Shown here piece by piece: positions 12,001-27,651 of a DNA stretch of 64,000 nt; the first letter of the stretch is position 1, and the number at the start of each line of letters is the position of its first letter. Source of the stretch: the human T2T-CHM13v2.0 reference genome, Homo sapiens; the NCBI RefSeq assembly GCF_009914755.1, contig NC_060947.1, one strand, 5' to 3'. Under the pieces are notes generated by a model, which was not told the DNA's origin, did not search any database, and worked only from the letters and a program-made list of their open reading frames with translations. A program made the position numbers and the translations under genes.

Positions 12001-13367
12001 CTCATGGCCAAATGTGCGCACTCTACATAAAGGAGGCAGGAGTTCCTATAGGCTATTTAATGTAAGAGAAACTATTTTTCTCCTGTTCCAGCTGTATCAG
12101 ATACTCGTTCCGCAACACAGAAATGACTCAGAATCTCAGACAAAATGTATTATTTGTTCAATTTTAATTTTGCTACTACATTCATAACTCTTAAATTGTT
12201 AGGCTGTTTCATTTACATCAAAGTTATCTCACAAAAGAGAAGGCAGGAAACGTTTTGTGAGTGCCTATTCTATGTCAAACACTGTGTTGGCACCATATTT
12301 TACAAGTTTTTTTCCTCTTCTCACAGTGATCTTGTGAGTTAGTTACTTATATTTTTATTAGAACTCATTATTCTGGGTACCCTCCAATGAGAATTAGAGA
12401 GGTTAAATACCTTTTCCTAGATTCCCACAGCAGGAAGGTGGCATAGCTGTTTTGTCTGACACCAGAACCCATCTCACCACACTGCTTTACAGTCTTCCTG
12501 AAGGACATTTTGAGGTGGGGGGGCCTTCAAAGCTCAGAGACTGGTTTGAATGGTTTAATTTTGCAATGGATCATGTCCATGCCAGGTGTTACAATTCTTA
12601 ACTTCCTCCAAATTCGTGTGTCCATTAGACATTTGGCTACATCTGGCTGGAGGTCAGGAGAAAATTCTGAGGTAAATAGATGGATTTTATCTGGCAGTGT
12701 CGAAAATAGTAGGAGCCTAAAACTTTGTTCAATGAGTAAGATGTAGATTTGGAGTCATCAGCAGGGGAAACTTGTTAGATGTCCTTTGTATCTTTTTCTA
12801 TCCATTTGTATTTTTTCTTTCCCAAAGAGCTGAAATCATTTTATACCCTGAATTTAAAAGGTAATTGCTTTTTTCCTCCTTGCGAAATCATACCTTAATT
12901 TTTTTTTTTTTTTTTTTTACCATTTATGATTTATTCTCCTATGTGTCATATGAAAGGCCAAGGGGCTTTATCTTTTACTAGTAGGCAAGCCTGGGCATTT
13001 CTGCATTTGTGCCAGCTAACACTACAAAATAGACTTAATTAGAGAAATTTAGACCCAGAATTGCAGCTTCAACAACACAAAACAGGAAAGCTAGAAGAGG
13101 TTGCTGTGTCAACCTACAAGATAGTGATTCTTGGAAGTTGGTATGGACCAGAAAGCATTCCCAGGACATTTAGGCTATGGCTGAGTTCTCTAAGACTCAG
13201 GGTGGGAATTATAATCCCTGGTCTAAGCTGATATGAAAGTTTCTATGTGTGAAAATATGGAGTTATATGCTTTGAGATTTTCTGCCAGTTAAACTAAAAC
13301 AAGATCATACTGTAAATGTTTGTAACTTGCTTCCCCCCACTGTATACTGTAAACATCTTTGCATGTC

Positions 13368-13373
13368 AATAAA
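13368..13373 (+). terminator. BHLHB9: Probable polyadenylation signal of BHLHB9
   Basis: AATAAA about 1.8 kb after the stop, preceded by TGTA motifs and followed by T/GT-rich sequence. Confidence 0.6.
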
Positions 13374-13574
13374 TATGCCTCTACAACATATTTTTGAATC
13401 ACTTAATATTTTTCCCATGTTAACAGTTGGTATATAGTGTTGTAAACCTTTATTGCATATTCTCATAACATACAATATACACATTCTTTTGCAAAAATGG
13501 GAACACAGTATTGAGACTTGCCTTTTCCTCTTAACACTTATCTTTTCAATTTAGTATTATATAGATCTGTCACA

Positions 13575-14430
<856 letters not shown>

Positions 14431-16417
14431 TGGAATGACATCTAACAATATTGAATCTTCGACCCATGAATAAAATCTCTCTCCACTTATTTAAGTCTCC
14501 TTTATTTCTCTAAGCAGCATTGTGTAGTTTTCCTGCAACATGCTTTTTTAGCAGCTGCATATATTCTGTTATGTGGTGGTATTACATGTTATTTAATCTG
14601 TTCCCTGATGATGAACACTTACAGGATTTGGTAAGCATGAATAATTCTATGATTTGGTATTTAAATCTTATTCTATAGGTGAGGAAGACCAAAGTTGTGA
14701 TGGGTAAAGAAGCAGCAGTCACTAATATTAGCCAGAATGGGGGGGGGGGTATTTCATCATTTTTATAATTGGGACAATGATTTTCTGTGTTAATACATGA
14801 TTACAGAGTAGTCTTGCTTTTGTCTTGATACATGACATTCATGGAGTAGCCTGGTCTGATGTTAATGTTCTGTGAAATTGTTTCAATTCAATGAGAGAAC
14901 ATCAAGGCCTAGCTGTGAGTGCTGGGCCAGCTCTTAGATGTCAGACTGCTTTTCTTCTTGTCATGGATATTTACAAATATTTATGTATATTGCCTAACCT
15001 TCAAAATGAATCTCACCAGCCTCATCTCATGGATCATGAATGTCTGTTTCTTCATATACTTGCCAACACTTGGTATCACTGTTTTTAAGTTTTGCTACTC
15101 TCATAGACAAAATCATCTCATTGTTATTTTTATAACAACATTTTAAAGGTTACATAATACTACATATTATGGATGTGACAATTGAATCGCACCTTTATAT
15201 TCCATTGGGTTAATTGTAGGTATGTGAAGATGGACCCCATTACTTAGTGGGTGGAGGAGAGGAGTATATATACATCTGTGTCACTTTGCCTATTTTCTTT
15301 ATGCCTCCTCATTGCTGTCTTTCCCACGTGATCTGGAGGCCCTTGCAATTATCACCAACTGACAACTAGAAAAGTTGTATCACTTTATGCCTTGGGAACT
15401 AGATTTAAAACAAGAATGAAGAGTTTAGCTGTGCTGACATTCTGTTACAGAGTTCAGGCCCTGAACTCTGTTATGGACCAACACTCAGGCAACAGCCATA
15501 GTGACTAGACTTGCAAGTGATATGTACACACAACTACACCTCAAAACAAAATGGGGCTTATTAATGAGACAAGCAAAAATGCTTTCCAGTTACAGTTTTA
15601 TGAAGATAACATAAATGTACTTCTATTTCTTCAGAGTTGGTCATTTTATAAAATAAGCTTCAGAGAAGTATCATAATTAATTGTGAGTTGATAAAAGTCT
15701 TCAAGAGCAACATGCACTTTTTGCTTTAAGATTTTAGCTTATCTCTGGACACCTACTTTCAGCTCGACAGTGTGCTATCTTGTGTCAGCAGCTCTTCTGA
15801 AAGGAGCTCTGGCCACCTCTCTCCTAAAGGTGCCATGTGCCTCTCAATGGTCGTTGCTAGGGTTTCCCTGAAGGAGAAGAGAACTGCAGAAACTTGCAAA
15901 CTGGAACAGCTATTTGTTGTGTATGTTGAACACCTCATTTAGCAAACAAAACTAGGCTGTTCTCAGGTTGTGATATCCAAAATAAAGCAAAATATAAAAG
16001 ACTTCGGTAGAAATATTTTTCTTCTCCAGAAGATGTTAATATTCCATGTAGGAGGGAGAGACTGGCTACAACCTAAGGCCCAGTTAGGTCCTTTGTGGAA
16101 AGCTCTAAAATGTTAGGAACAAACAAAATGCCTAGTATGTTAGCAATGAACAGGAAAGAGGAGTAATGCAGAAAGCAATAATGTGTTTCCAGGTGCTCTG
16201 CTTTGAATTATGAAAGAGTGCTATTCCCTCTCCTTGTTGATAACAAAATGTCATTTTAATGGGAAATTGCACTGGAGAAAGTGTGCTCCACTAGGCCCAT
16301 GCTTTATTATGTAGCTTTTATGTGTAGCTGTGCTATTGTAGTTTAAGGATACAAAGAATTAATCTTTTATCAGAACCATCTTGATTCTACAAAATATGAT
16401 AATGTGATATGAGTTAA

Positions 16418-16864
<447 letters not shown>

Positions 16865-17956
16865 TAATTGTGTATATTTATGGGTACAGTATGATGTTTC
16901 AATGCATGGGTGCATTGCATAATGATCAAATCAGGATAATTACCATATCCATCACTATAACCACATTCAGAACCAGTTTGTGAGTTATACAAGGACACCA
17001 GGATCATCGCTTTATAGCCATGGCTATATATTGAATATTTTTGTACTCAAGATCAGTGCTTTTTCATCTTCATCATGTCCTAACACACTCAGAAAAAGAG
17101 TATTTGCATGGGACAAACAGACACATCTGTTCCCCCTTAAAGGCATCAGCCTCAAGGACTCCAGCTGCCCCATTCCCACCTGCAACTACTGTGAGCACTG
17201 AGGGAAGCAGTATCTTCAGCACACCTGTAACCTATTTCTAGCATGTGATTGGAATGCTCTACCCCAGGTCCATGGTTTTCAACTGCCTTTCTTGGAGTCT
17301 TAGGATTCCCAGGAAATGCTTCAAAAGGCACTACAGAGGTTCAGGGGAAGCTGAGTGGGTTGGATCTATGTGCTTCCCACTACTCTCAATCAAAACAACT
17401 TAGCTTTGGGATTATGTGTAAGAGTGTGTTTGGAAAAAAGTTCCCCCTGTTAAAAATTGCTGTGACCACTTCTATAAATATCCATTCATCCATCCATCTT
17501 TAAAAAGAATCTGCATCTAATGGTTGAGTTGCCCTTCTGCATATTCCTAACACTGACAGTATTACTATCTACTGATTTTTTTAGTTGATGGAAATCTATT
17601 CATGTTACTCAAAAGATTCCCGTGCTCAGGTTTCACATAATTTATTAAAAGCTCTAGCTAATACCTTCAAATAAAGTTTGTAAACTTTTGTAAATTCTAT
17701 TTTTGAAGAAGTGTGTCACACACATGGCAGTCAGGCAAGAGTAAATAGTAGTTTTGAATACAAGTCCCAAAGGTATCATTTTTTTATTTTGATGCCAGAG
17801 TTCTCAACTTCGTTGGCAGTATTTTCTGTCTGCCAAAAGCATAGGCCTCCACTGTACACATGTCCATTTGTGCAAAGGTTCCCCTAGGAAACACTTCTAG
17901 AATTTGAATTTCTAAGTCTGAATAGAACATTTTTCATCATTGGTGAAGGTGTAGAA

Positions 17957-18135
17957 CAGTGATTCTTAACCCTGGTTGCATTAGAATCACCTGGAGAGCT
18001 TTTAGAACCTAGTCATGCCCAGGATCCGCTCCCAAAGATGCTTATTTAATTGGTCTGGAGAGGAACTTGGGCCTTGATAATTTTTAAAACGTTCCCTAGG
18101 TAATACTAATGAGCAGTCAAATTTGAAAACCGCTG
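17957..18135. mobile_element. MER5-like hAT-Charlie MITE
   Basis: CAGTGATTCTTAA...TTTGAAAACCGCTG termini; degenerate 8-bp flanks gtgtagaa / ttgtagag. Confidence 0.75.
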
Positions 18136-18723
18136 TTGTAGAGAATCAGGCAATCTCATCAACTGCTGGAGGTAAAGGAGAATAATTTGGTGTAACCTCT
18201 TCTAATGGTCATTTACCAATATCTATTAAAATGTTCATATTTTTGAATGAGAAATTAATAGATATTTATCCTACAGAAAAAAATACATAAAAGTGGGCAC
18301 AAATATTGTATAAATATGTTAATTGTACCAATGTTTGTATTTTTGAAACTAGAAATATTCAATATATCCACAAATAGGAGATTAAATAGCTTACAGTAGT
18401 TCCGTAGTATGGGATATTCTGCATTAGTTTAAAGTAATCGAAGAGATCTATATGTACTAAAATATGATCTTCGTTTTGAAAATGCATGAAAAGAGAAAAA
18501 CTGGAATGACATATAAAATATCTAATAGGTTTATAGCTAGTGGAGGAACTAGAGTGTTTTATTATCTTTTTATCTTATTTCTCTAATTCTTCTTTGGTAA
18601 ACAAATACTACTTATGTAATAAAACATACAACCTTAAGGAGAAGATCTGATGAGGAAGCATTTGTTACACAAAAAGTTGAGCATATACCCATAAAGGAAA
18701 TATCAATTAAATGGAGCTTCTCG

Positions 18724-19010
18724 GGCCGGGTGTAGTGGCTCACGCCTGTAATCCCAGCACTTTGGGGGGCTGAGGTGGATCACTTGAGGCCAGGAGTTTG
18801 AGACCAGCTTGGCAACATAGCAAAACCCCTTTCTACTACAAATACAAAAATTAGCCAGGTGTGGTAGCGCATGACTGTAATCTCAACCACTCAGGTGGCT
18901 GAGGCACGAGAATCACTTGAACCCAGGAGGTGGAGGTTCCAGTGAGCCAAGATCGTGCCACTGCACTCCAGCCTAGGCAACAGAGTGAGACTTTCAAAAT
19001 AAAATGAGAT
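18724..19010 (+). mobile_element. Alu (J/S-type)
   Basis: GGCCGGGTGTAGTGGCTCACGCCTGTAATCCCAGC...; TSD aaatgga(g/a)cttct. Confidence 0.92.
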
Positions 19011-19306
19011 AAATGGAACTTCTGTAGGGGTGAATTATTGGGGCAAGATACAAAGTCGAATTTCATGAACGCATATTAGTCTAGGAATTACAAATTATCG
19101 TAAATGAGAAGATGTAAATATGAGCTAAAATTCACAGTAATCGCCCAAGTAAATGAGATATTTAAGCAATCCAGAACCTTTTCTCATCAAGTTGATTAAG
19201 GGAAATAATCTCCCAAGGTGTTGGGAGGCTGATAGGAAAGTGTGTGTTTCATAATCAGAACCTAAGAAATCTGACACACAAACTTTGAAAGTGTATAAGG
19301 GAATGA

Positions 19307-19588
<282 letters not shown>

Positions 19589-20357
19589 TTAAAAATGACT
19601 GCATCAAATAAGTCTTGTGAAAAGCAAAGAAAATAATAAAATTGTGTTTTTATCTTAAACTAGTAACAGAAGCAATCAGTTGCTGAATGGTCTGTCACTT
19701 TATATTCAGTAGGACCTCCCTAGACAGGATTATTCTGTGAAGTAGCATGGTTGGAACAAAAAGTAGCTAAGGAAGACATTTCTTCTTTTTTTCCTTTTAA
19801 TAGACATTCTGTGCACCCTTTAACACAATATGGTTGCAGCATCAAAGGACACAATTGATTAATAGTCATCATAAAACTTCACAACCATCCTACAATGTGA
19901 AAAACTGAGCGCTTAGCCTCTACTAAAGGTTTGTTTATTACATGAATGAAGGAATGAACGAATGAGCTATGAGGCACTGGATATTGATAAAAACAATTCT
20001 CTATCTTTAAAGTGGAAGTTGAGAAGAAAACATTAGTTCCTTGAACAGCCAACTACCTTTGCCACCAGTAGGTTTAGTCATACAAAAATCTCTTGAATGG
20101 AATCTATGGTCTTTGAGATATTTCAAACTGTGATAGAAACAATGCAATTAATTCAAGCAGGTCCTTTCTTTAGGACTGATCTACAAAATATGATAATGTG
20201 ATATGAGTTTAATTGCACTCCTCTACACTATAAAGGACATCTACACTGATCAGGCAAACCTCACAATTCAAATGAACCAATTCAAACTGCACATGTGAGC
20301 TTCTCAAATGTTTTGTAGGTATAGGCTCAATAGAGGGTTGTTTGCTATTAAATATTG

Positions 20358-20441
20358 GAAAGTTTACAAATTTGTGTTGGGCAGCATTCAAAGCCATCCT
20401 GGGCCACATGAGGCCTGCGGGTCACAGATTGGACAAGCTTG
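20358..20441 (+). mobile_element. MER30 terminal fragment
   Basis: aaatttgtgttgggcagcattcaaagccatcctgggccacatg...ttggacaagcttg. Confidence 0.7.
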
Positions 20442-20542
20442 CTTTAACTCATAATTTGATTTTTTAATGTTTCTCTGATGCATGTGAAAATATTATGAGT
20501 AAAAAGACAATGTTTGGGCTCTGCTTTAAAATACTCTAGAAA

Positions 20543-20581
<39 letters not shown>
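20543..20581. repeat. (CA)n microsatellite
   Basis: About 18 CA units with one interruption. Confidence 0.92.
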
Positions 20582-21639
20582 AAAGGGTTGGAGAGAGTTT
20601 TAAAAATGGCAGAATGTTACTAGATGTTGCAACTTGCTGGTGGGCATATGGGTGTTCATTAAGCTATCTTTTCTACCTTTGTATATGCTAGAAATTAAAA
20701 TTTTAATCCAAAAATAAATAAATATTGGAATCTTAATATACAATTTTAATACTTTTATCATTTGACATGTCCTATGTAATATGCTGTGAGGATGAAAATA
20801 CAACTCCATTTTCTTTTGAATATGTGTTAAAAATAATAATAAAAATTATTTTTCTTTGCCCAGTGATTTGAAAATGCCACTTTTATCATCATAAACATTT
20901 ATAAATGCTTTGGTCACTCTCTCAGTGGGCTTTCTATTTTATTTCATTAAATTATATATTGTTATATTGGTTTTAATTGTTCTTGCCTTGTAATTTGTTT
21001 TAGTATAAAACAGAGAAAGAGTCTCTTCATTATGCTTCTTCTGAATGGCCATCATTCTTGTTTTATTTTATTTTATTTATTATTCCTGTTTCTAATGGAA
21101 GTAAGGAAGGGTAGAGTGACTTACTCAGTGTTATAAAGTAAGAATGTTGTTGATATAGCCCCGGGACCCAGATTTCATGCCTCCCATTACAGTATTCTGT
21201 TTGTCAGCATCGTTATTTTGCTTTATTCTTTTGTGGGATCTTGTCTCTCTGTACCTTGAAGGATATAACCAACATCAAGTTCTCTTGCTTCTCTGCTGCT
21301 GACAGGGAAAAAAAAAAAAGGAAGCAGGAATGTACACACACCAGTTACATATAAATGGGTGGTCTTTCATCCCTATCTCAATTATATCATCCTAAACATT
21401 CTATAATACAAAAATGATGCTTAAGGTAATATATAATGTAATATGTGCTTATTTCTCTGTCTGATTCTTAAAAAATTTCTGATGTATTTAACAGTCATGC
21501 TGCAATCTCACCAGAATTCTTACACTCAGTCACTACATTCAGTTCAATTAGTTAAACAAAAACTCCCAGAGTGTTTGGCCCTGGCTGAGGCTCTACAGAT
21601 ATATGTTGCTGTGTGGTAGGATACCATTGTGGTTAATAC

Positions 21640-21835
21640 CAATGTGCTTTGACACCATACAGTCTGGGCTAGGGTACTGCCTCTGCCCCCTACTAGCCAT
21701 GTGGTCCTGGACAAGTTTCTTAACCTTTCTATACCTTGAGGTCCTGATCCATAAATGGGGATAATACCTTAAAGAGCTGTTACGAAGCTCAAATACATTA
21801 ATGTCATTAAAGTACTGAACATGGTGTCCAGCATA
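21640..21835 (+). mobile_element. MIR
   Basis: Degenerate MIR core (tgtggtcctggacaagtttcttaacctttct...ataaatggggataata). Confidence 0.6.
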
Positions 21836-22251
21836 GAAATGTAGGCTAGGGTGGACCTTCATGCTTTTTGTTCATCTGTCTTGACGTTGAAACTCCTTTT
21901 GGGTCTGGCTTTACTTGCTGCTCATATAACCAATTTCTACATGTTTTACCATTTAAAACATGCGTTTAATAAAGGGGAACAAAAGCTAAGCTCTAAATTT
22001 TGGTTGAAACTGCAGATTTTGATACAGTTTATAAAAACGACTATACTTCAGTTTGAGAAACTCATGTAAGGATGAAAAAAGACTGGAGACTCTCAATTCT
22101 GTATGCCATATGCATTTATTTAACAAATATGTATGGAATGTCTATTATATGCCAGGCTCCAGAAGCCCTCAAACCATATCTTTATTACAGAAATTTCTTC
22201 AGGGGTCCAGACCCATGAATTCAAATACCTATGAGCAATTTATATCTAAAG

Positions 22252-22465
22252 CAGTGATTCCCATTCAGGAGCAATTATGCTCCTTAGCTCCAGGGACATG
22301 GAAATGTCTGGAGACATTTTTGGTAGTCACACCTGGGGGTGCTACTGGAATCTTATGATTAGTGGCCAAGGAGGCTGCTGAACATCCCCCAATGCCTAGG
22401 ACAGCCCCCACAGCAAAGAACTCTCCAGCCCAAAATGTCAATAGTGCTGAGGTTGAGAAAACCTG
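22252..22465 (+). mobile_element. MER20 hAT-Charlie MITE
   Basis: aatgtctggagacatttttgg...gcccaaaatgtcaatagtgctgaggttgagaaaacctg. Confidence 0.85.
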
Positions 22466-22509
22466 CTCTAGAACAGGGCAAATGTTACTACCCACACCTA
22501 TCTGCAAAG

Positions 22510-22765
22510 GTTCATGGTGGAACCCAAGGTTGGGGTCTGACCACCCTGGATTCAAATAACCATGCTGCCTCTTATTGGGCGTGTGTCCTTGTAAAATATA
22601 TTTAACCTCCATTAGCCTTAGGAGAGCCTGCTTCTGGGGAGGAATAAGTTTAAGCAGGGAATATTGATACCTAACTTACAGAACAGTTGTAAGGACTTAG
22701 AGAAACAGTATGTGAAGTGCCTAACACAGTGTCTGGCCCATTGTAGGCCCTTGAAATGTTAGTTT
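22510..22765 (+). mobile_element. MIR
   Basis: cctggattcaaat...gtgtgtccttg...aagtgcctaacacagtgtctggccca. Confidence 0.55.
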
Positions 22766-23557
22766 TCTTTCCATCCCCCTTTCTAACTTCTGCTTCTGAG
22801 ATGACTTTAACCTAAACTACATAGTGCTAAGCAGCATAATTGTGTTCTAAAGAGCTTCTGAAAGCAAGGCAACAGAAAGAAAAATAAACTCACACAGACC
22901 CACATTATGTGTAAGAGTTGGTGCCTCTTCTGTGTTGTGGCATCGTGCATTGTAGGTGGCATGGGGAAATGTCACCCCATTTCTTTAGAATCAGTGTACC
23001 TTTCCTGACCTCTTTGGGCCCCCCTTGGAGAGTGAACATCAGGAGTGGCCATTGACTGGTTATCTGGGTTGTTCCTGTGGCTCCATAAAGACACATGCCC
23101 AGGGAAGAGCAGAGCATGAGGATGGGTCTTCTGGAGAGAGCAATGGAGTGAAAGGCAGAAGATGTCGCTTCCAGAGCCTGACAAACTGCTTTCTGTGTGA
23201 TGTGGGTAAAACATATACCTTCTCCTGGCTACAGACTTGGTGTTAGGGCATGTGAGTTGAGGGGATCTTCTAGCAGGCCAATTTTGGGTATAAATCATTT
23301 GGCTTGTCTCTTTCCAAGCATTTCTGCCATCATATAAGTTCTCATATTCTAGTGCTGCTGAAGGATTAAATGAATTAAACTATCTCATAGGAAATCTGGG
23401 ACATTGCTGAGGCAGAAGGTCAAAGTGTGCTGGTGGGACTCCTAGATGGCCCTTATCACTTCTGCTTGGGAGGGGCACACTCCATTTCCCCTCATAGCTC
23501 ACTGGCCACATCTAGTCACATGCCCAGGTCTGATGTCAGTGGAGTGGGGTCAGTGGG

Positions 23558-23890
23558 TGCCTCAGTGCACTTGAGCTGCCATAACAAAATACCTGAAAGT
23601 GGGTAATTTGTAAACAACAGAAATGTATTACTCAAAGTTCTGGAGGCTAGGAAGTCCAAGATCAAGATGCCAGAATATTTGTAGTGTGGTAAAGACTCCG
23701 TCTGCATCATAAATGACACCTTCTTGCTGCATGCTCACATGGTGAAGTGGCAAACAGGTTCTCTCAGGCCTCTGATAAGGACACTAATCCCATTTATGAG
23801 GGCTCTGCCTTCATGGCCTAACTACCTCCTAAAGATTATTAGGTTTCAACATATAAATGTGTGGGAGACACAAACATTCAGACAAAAGAA
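23558..23890 (-). mobile_element. MLT1A-like MaLR LTR
   Basis: gctgccataacaaaatacc...ttctggaggctaggaagtccaagatcaag...acacaaacattcagac. Confidence 0.75.
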
Positions 23891-24639
23891 GTGGGCCTAA
23901 GAGGGACCCTAAGGACCTGCCGGTACATGTAACTTCACAGCTAGGTTTCATGGGCCAGAAAACAAGATTTCATCTCCACTATCATCTTCCTCAACATGAG
24001 GGGTTATTGAGTGAGTACCTTTAGGGGACAATACTAGGGAAATGTAAAACTTCCAAATGGGAAGCTGCTGGTTTTATTGTGGGGAGGGAAAGAATGGAAT
24101 CACATTCCATTTCTGCCACTTCTCTGGAGAGGGTCTTAGTCCCTTTGAGAAGGAGCTTGGTCATCTGTGAAATAAGACGCACCACATTATCTTCTTCAGA
24201 GTACTGTCCTGAGGGATAAATGAGAAAACCTGTCAAGTGCCTATGGGAGATAGTAGGACTTCAGCACATAACAGGTCTGGCTATTTGCCCCCTCCCTCCC
24301 AGAGAGTAGATGACATTGACCTAAACCAAAGGGCATTACTGCTATTGAGACCTTGTGGAAAGGTAGCAGCAAGAGCTGAAATATATCCCCATAACCTATG
24401 AGCTTTGGGCCAGTTCTGAGTTGTGGGATGAGTTACATGTGAGAGCTGGGGAAAAGGAAAAATAAATCACCATACCATTTCCTATAACTGCATCTGCCTT
24501 CCTATCCTCTTAATTTATCATTCAGTTTGACACTGGAGGAGCAGTTTCCCATTAACTTTAAGGTAGAAGGGACACCACAGGGCAATATGACAAGAATACT
24601 GGACGGAAGACTAGAGTCATAAGACCAGACACATTATGA

Positions 24640-25141
24640 TCCACGATTATGTTCTGTTATATGGCAAAAGGGAGATGATCAGCATAGGCCTGACCTAATT
24701 AGTCAAGCCCTGTAAAATCAGAGAATTTTCTCCTGCTGTTTAGAGTAGGGCAAGTCAGAGATTCAAAGCACAGGAAGCCTTCAATGTGCCATTGCTGGAT
24801 GGAAGAAGGAGGCCACATGGCAGGCAAGTGGACTAGCCCCCAGGAGCTAAGAATATCCCCAACTGACAGTCATCAAGGAAATGGGGACTGCGGTTCAATG
24901 GCCACAAGGAAATGACTTCTGCCAGCAGCAAGAATGATCTTGGAAGCAGATTTTTATCTAGATCATCCGCGTGAGACCTCAGTGGAGCCAACATGGGCAC
25001 CTTGATTCTAGCTTTGTGAGACCTTGAGCAGAGAATAAGGTCATGCTGGACCAGTCTTCTGACCTACAGACCTGTGAGCTACTAGATGGATGTAGCTTTC
25101 AGACACTAAGTCTGGTTACACACCTACAATAAATTAATACA
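24640..25141 (+). mobile_element. MLT1D/E-like MaLR LTR
   Basis: gattatgtt...atggcaaaagggaga...gaccttgagcagagaa...ttctgacctacaga...taataca. Confidence 0.6.
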
Positions 25142-27447
25142 TTCCAGTTAAGTTAAATCTATTCAATGCATACACAGTATTTTTGTTTACATGTACACAT
25201 GTGTATAGATGATAATTGGTGGAAACATAATTACAGTTTTTATTAGTGCATGGTGGGGTTAGATATTATCAATATTCATATTGGTATTTGAATGCACTTT
25301 CCACATTTTTTAAATAGACAGTGGGTTACTTATTAATCAGAGATAAAACACATTAGAGCTTTGTTCATGTCAAATTTGATAGATTTCAGACTTTTCAAAA
25401 GGTATTGTAAATATGATAGTAGGCAAACACGTACACAACCAAGGTTATGAAGCAAAACATTACAGAGTGGACTCTCCTGTGTGAGTTCCCTGATTGCCTC
25501 AGCGCCCTCAGAAGGAACCACTATCCAAAATTTCTTGTTTAGTCATGAATACATCCCTAAACTAAACACATAATTGCTTTGCATATTTTTATCTCTATAT
25601 AAGTAACATATTTATATATCTATTATCGAAATGTTTTCTTCTGAAAATAGTGTTTCTGAGATGTTTCTAACCAGGTGACTTTGGGACTATTTTGATATTT
25701 ACCCATGCTCCTGTGAACAGGTTTGCTATGTACCGAGACTCTGCAATGCACATCTGAGAGGGCAGCAGATGACAGAGCCTCACATGCTTCTATTGTGGGT
25801 GCTGCTCAATATCTCCACAAAGAAGTTGTACCAATTTGTCCGCTCCAAGCTATGTATGGGCTTCTCGTGGCCCCAACATTTCAATTCAAACAGGATGCAA
25901 CATAAACACAAATTCGATGATTGGGTTTTCTTTTCAAACTCTAGAATTATTCCAAGACATATTCTAAGGTATAATATGGAACCATTAGCTAAGCATTTTT
26001 AATGCACCTGTGAAATACACTATTTAAAACATAATACGATAGGGAAAAATAAAGAAAATCTAATGTACCAATAACAGGATCTCAGAATAAAAAATATTAA
26101 AAATCTGTGAAACCTATTTTTGCACAGATCAGGAAAAACAGATGTTTTCAAATTGTTGGATGGAATATAAGAACTATTAAAGAAATTTTAAAGTTCAACT
26201 ATATAGGAAGCATTAAAAATATTAAATGGTCATGCTCTTTGACAAAACAGTTCCACTTCTGGGAATGTATCCTCCTGATATGGCCTCAAGAGTCTCCTGC
26301 TGTAACCACTCGTGTCCACACTGCTCAGGGCTGAGATGACCATTTCCTTAGTTGGCCCAGTGCCTTCATGTCCCAGATCCTGAGTCATCTACCCCTGGAT
26401 CAAAACAGGAAAATCAAATCTGAATCATGGATGGATGCCCAGACTCGAAGGACCATCCACTAATTCACCACAAACATTGATACAGAGCAATGCTCAGGTC
26501 CCAACTCCTGGAGAGATTTGTAGACCTCAGGCCTCATCCCTGTCTGGGAGAAATCTTCCTTCCTCTCCCATCTTTGTGTCCTGAGAGGCCCCCACATCCC
26601 TACCAGGTACAAGCAGCCCGGTCCTTTCAACAAATTAAGTTTTCATAAAGGATGAAAGAAAAACTGGCTCCAGAAGGCTTCTGCTGTCAGCCCTCTCACA
26701 AACCTCCCCTGAAGTAAGGAGAGGGGGCACCAACCTTACTGCAGGGAGGGTAAGCAAGGAGAACAGAGATTAACCTCCTTAACAGTACATGTCCAGATAC
26801 ATTTGCTAAAGGTCTACCACTAGCAACTCAAGGTGCCCAGGCTGGCAGGTTCTATCCCTGGCTCTGGCAGTGGGCCTGGTGAGTAACCTCCTTGCCATTC
26901 AGCTCTGTGTTTAGGAGCACGTGCTTTATAGTCACTGACATCCATGAGGAAGAGAGGATACTGGTACCTCACCAGCACGGCTGTCATGAGATTAAATCCA
27001 GACACTAATGTGAAGAAACTGGAGCTGGGCCCAGCTAAACCATCTGCCTTACAAAATAGTAGCTGTCTTTTCCTCCTCCAAGCAGGGAACTCATGTTACT
27101 CTGAGCTGCCACCTCAGCCAGGGCCCCTTAAGAGGGCGCACATCGTAGTCACCTTGATGAGTCTTTTCTAAACCCTCAGCTGAAACTCCCTTGTTGGTGG
27201 AAAAATAGGACTTTGGCATCAAAGATCATTAATGTCTTAAGTTATAATATGAGCCTTGGAAAACAGATATATCCACTTGGCACCAACAGTATATGTGAGC
27301 GTCTGCTGGCTTTTCATTCCACCAACACCAAGTATTACCAACTTTTGTCCTTATTGCCAATCCAATCTGCTCATTTTCCCCAGACCTGTCCCATTGGAAG
27401 AATCAGCTCAGATGGTCATTAAACTTAGAGATTCACAGGGTCATCCC

Positions 27448-27651
27448 CTGCAATTGCCAGATTTAGCAAATAATAAGACGATTTAAAATTTTTATTTTGT
27501 TATTTATTTCATTTACTTTTATTTATTTAATTAAAATCCAGTTGGATTTTAATTTTAAATAAACTAATATTGCATGCCACATAAACTAAAAAATATTCCT
27601 ATTAATCCGGAATTTAAAGTTAACTGAGTTGATTTTAATCTGGTAACTGTA
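27448..27651. mobile_element. MER53-like hAT MITE inside an old MLT1-like LTR (about 27200-27920)
   Basis: Inverted termini ttgccagatttagcaaataa ... ttttaatctggtaac. Confidence 0.6.
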
